Part shown: piece after piece, positions 24,499 to 26,257 of the stretch | How positions within the stretch are numbered: the stretch's first letter is position 1 | How the letters are laid out: each line of letters starts with the position of its first letter | Assembly (NCBI GenBank): GCA_041563375.1 | Contig: JBFFND010000001.1 | Coordinates: forward strand, 1-26,257 | Direction of reading: 5' to 3' | From: Gammaproteobacteria bacterium | GTDB taxonomy: Bacteria; Pseudomonadota; Gammaproteobacteria; SZUA-229 | Length of the DNA: 26,257 nucleotides | The notes under the pieces: generated by a model | The model's database searches: none | Told to the model about the DNA's origin: nothing | Seen by the model: the letters and a program-made list of their open reading frames with translations, nothing else | Position numbers and translations under genes: made by a program

Positions 24499-26257
24499 TC
24501 AGGCGGTGAGTGACGCAAACAACGTAGGCAGTTTTTCCGGCAGACGATCCACATTATCAATAATGGTGTAGTTATTTTCACCAAAGATCCGTTTAACGTA
24601 ATCATCTGCATTCGGATCCAGGGTTAAGCAATAGGTTAATACACCGGTTCCATATAGCTCTTCCACAGCCTTCTTGGTGTCATGACGTAGATGCTGCGGA
24701 TCACGTTCGTCAATATCCGCCGGTTCACCATCGGTGACCAGCAAAATCAGCTTGCGCCGCTCTGGCTGTTTCAACAGGTGATGACCGGCATGACGCAGGG
24801 CCGCACCCATGCGGGTTGATAAGCCACCACGCATACCCGCCAGACGTGATTTTGATTCATCATCAAAGTGCTGGTTAAAATCCTTGAAGCGATAATACTG
24901 CACATCGTGACGACCATCAGAAGCAAAGCCGTGCAGCGCAAAGGGATCGCCGATACCATTGATTGCAGTGGATACCAGCGTTGCGGCTTCACGGGTTAGC
25001 TGCAATACAGTCTTATCCGATCCCTGCATGGTTTCATTGGTGGATTCGGACAGATCCATTAACACCACCACCGACAGGTCGCGACTCTTCAACACATTAC
25101 GCATGGTAATGCGCGGATTCGGCTGCTCCCCCATGCGGATTGAAATCATCGCATCTACCGCGGCATTGATGTCAATTTCGTCGCCGTCTTCCAGGCCGCG
25201 TTGACGTTGCACACCTTCCGGTGTCAGCAGATCAATGATCTGCTTGATACGGTGCGCAACCGGCTTGTATTCATCCAGAATCAGCTTGATATCATCCGGG
25301 TCACCTTTCGGCTGGCGCCGCTCATATACTGTGGCCCAGTCTGGACGATGCAGCTGAATCTGGTAATCCCATTCCTGGTAATGATAAGGGTCGGATATCG
25401 GTTCCTTACCCCACATTTCATTAAAGGATTTGGTTGCATCAGTCAGGTCATCTTCGTATGGGCGCATTTCGGTCGAACACACCCAGATTTCCTGGGCATC
25501 ATCCCCGGCCAGTTCACAATCCACTTCGTTAGCCATTTCAATCACGCTTACCTGGCGACGCACCTGGCGCAGACTGGCGGGCAGATATTCGCTCTCCTTA
25601 TTCCAGTCGAACTCTTCAAATTCCCAGACATACCGATTGTCATCACGGTAAGGTATGCGAATGCGTTCAAGGATACGCAAGCTGGGCACTTCCTTACGCG
25701 CGGTAAAGATATTGAACAGCTCCAGCCCCATATGCCATGAGAACTGATTATCATCCTGTCGCTCGTCAATCTGCTGGTGGAATTTCTCAACGAAAGCAGC
25801 AATTTCTGCATCCTCACTGCTGACCGACTGATCCAGCAACATCAATGCGATATGCTCCAGCATCAACATGGTTGGATGCTCCGGCTCCTCATCCTCATCC
25901 GCCAGCTTTAACAGTGAAATCCACAGTTTTTTCAGACCGGGAAAATCATGGATTGCTTTATACTCAACCCGCGCATCTTCCAGAAAGCCAATAAAAAACA
26001 TCTGTGCAGGACTCAGCTGCTCTGCCGAAATGGGCCCGGTGGAATAGCACATATGCGCCGCCATATGGGCTGCAGTTGCGCGATACAACTCAAGTCCGGG
26101 AACCTTTTTATCACCCTCACCCACATCATCCACCGCATCCGGCATATGCAGAATACGGTGTTCGATATAAGGACGGAAATCGGTGTAATCAGCACCCGTC
26201 GGGCGCAGGAAGAAATTACGACCCCAGAGCGCGCGCAAATAGAAATTCAGCTTACGC
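24499..26257 (-). CDS. CbbO/NorD-family vWA-domain adaptor protein (5' end outside the window)
   Basis: The frame stays open to the window edge (RKLNFYLRALWGR). Motifs YQEWDYQIQLHRPDWATV, EDGDEIDINAAV, MIDAS DLSES, STRMGAALRHA and LLVTDGEPADID. Confidence 0.88.
   Translation of the reverse strand, partial: RKLNFYLRALWGRNFFLRPTGADYTDFRPYIEHRILHMPDAVDDVGEGDKKVPGLELYRATAAHMAAHMCYSTGPISAEQLSPAQMFFIGFLEDARVEYKAIHDFPGLKKLWISLLKLADEDEEPEHPTMLMLEHIALMLLDQSVSSEDAEIAAFVEKFHQQIDERQDDNQFSWHMGLELFNIFTARKEVPSLRILERIRIPYRDDNRYVWEFEEFDWNKESEYLPASLRQVRRQVSVIEMANEVDCELAGDDAQEIWVCSTEMRPYEDDLTDATKSFNEMWGKEPISDPYHYQEWDYQIQLHRPDWATVYERRQPKGDPDDIKLILDEYKPVAHRIKQIIDLLTPEGVQRQRGLEDGDEIDINAAVDAMISIRMGEQPNPRITMRNVLKSRDLSVVVLMDLSESTNETMQGSDKTVLQLTREAATLVSTAINGIGDPFALHGFASDGRHDVQYYRFKDFNQHFDDESKSRLAGMRGGLSTRMGAALRHAGHHLLKQPERRKLILLVTDGEPADIDERDPQHLRHDTKKAVEELYGTGVLTYCLTLDPNADDYVKRIFGENNYTIIDNVDRLPEKLPTLFASLTA

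Overview
Gammaproteobacterial chromosomal DNA with no rRNA, tRNA, CRISPR array, transposase or integrase that I could detect. The left 14.4 kb is mostly housekeeping: the dnaB 5' end, rpsF-rpsR-rplI, a porin, cysS, an LMW protein-tyrosine phosphatase, rne, and a divergent rluC-pldA-tolC-HAD-S49 run. The right 12 kb is accessory or regulatory. It holds (i) a DUF6502-like HTH gene coupled to a DUF5666-repeat lipoprotein gene, (ii) a CHASE2/TPR-like/Ser-Thr kinase + PP2C + tandem-FHA operon, (iii) a Cys-rich hypothetical gene, and (iv) a minus-strand block: CbbO/NorD-type vWA protein (cut by the window edge), a hypothetical gene, a His-tailed DsbD_2/TauE-like membrane protein and a sigma-54 activator with no regulatory domain. 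The best candidate for an undescribed system is the DUF6502-DUF5666 unit. It has a near-consensus TTGACC-N17-TATATT promoter whose -10 box is centred in a perfect 16-bp palindrome (TGGGAATATATTCCCA), a third half-site over the ATG, and a predicted leaderless mRNA. That is the layout of a self-repressing regulator controlling a surface lipoprotein. Both convergent intergenic regions (5345-5739 and 21627-22074) are mosaics of short palindromic repeats, and they share one family exactly. Family names come from motif recognition and memory, not from database searches.
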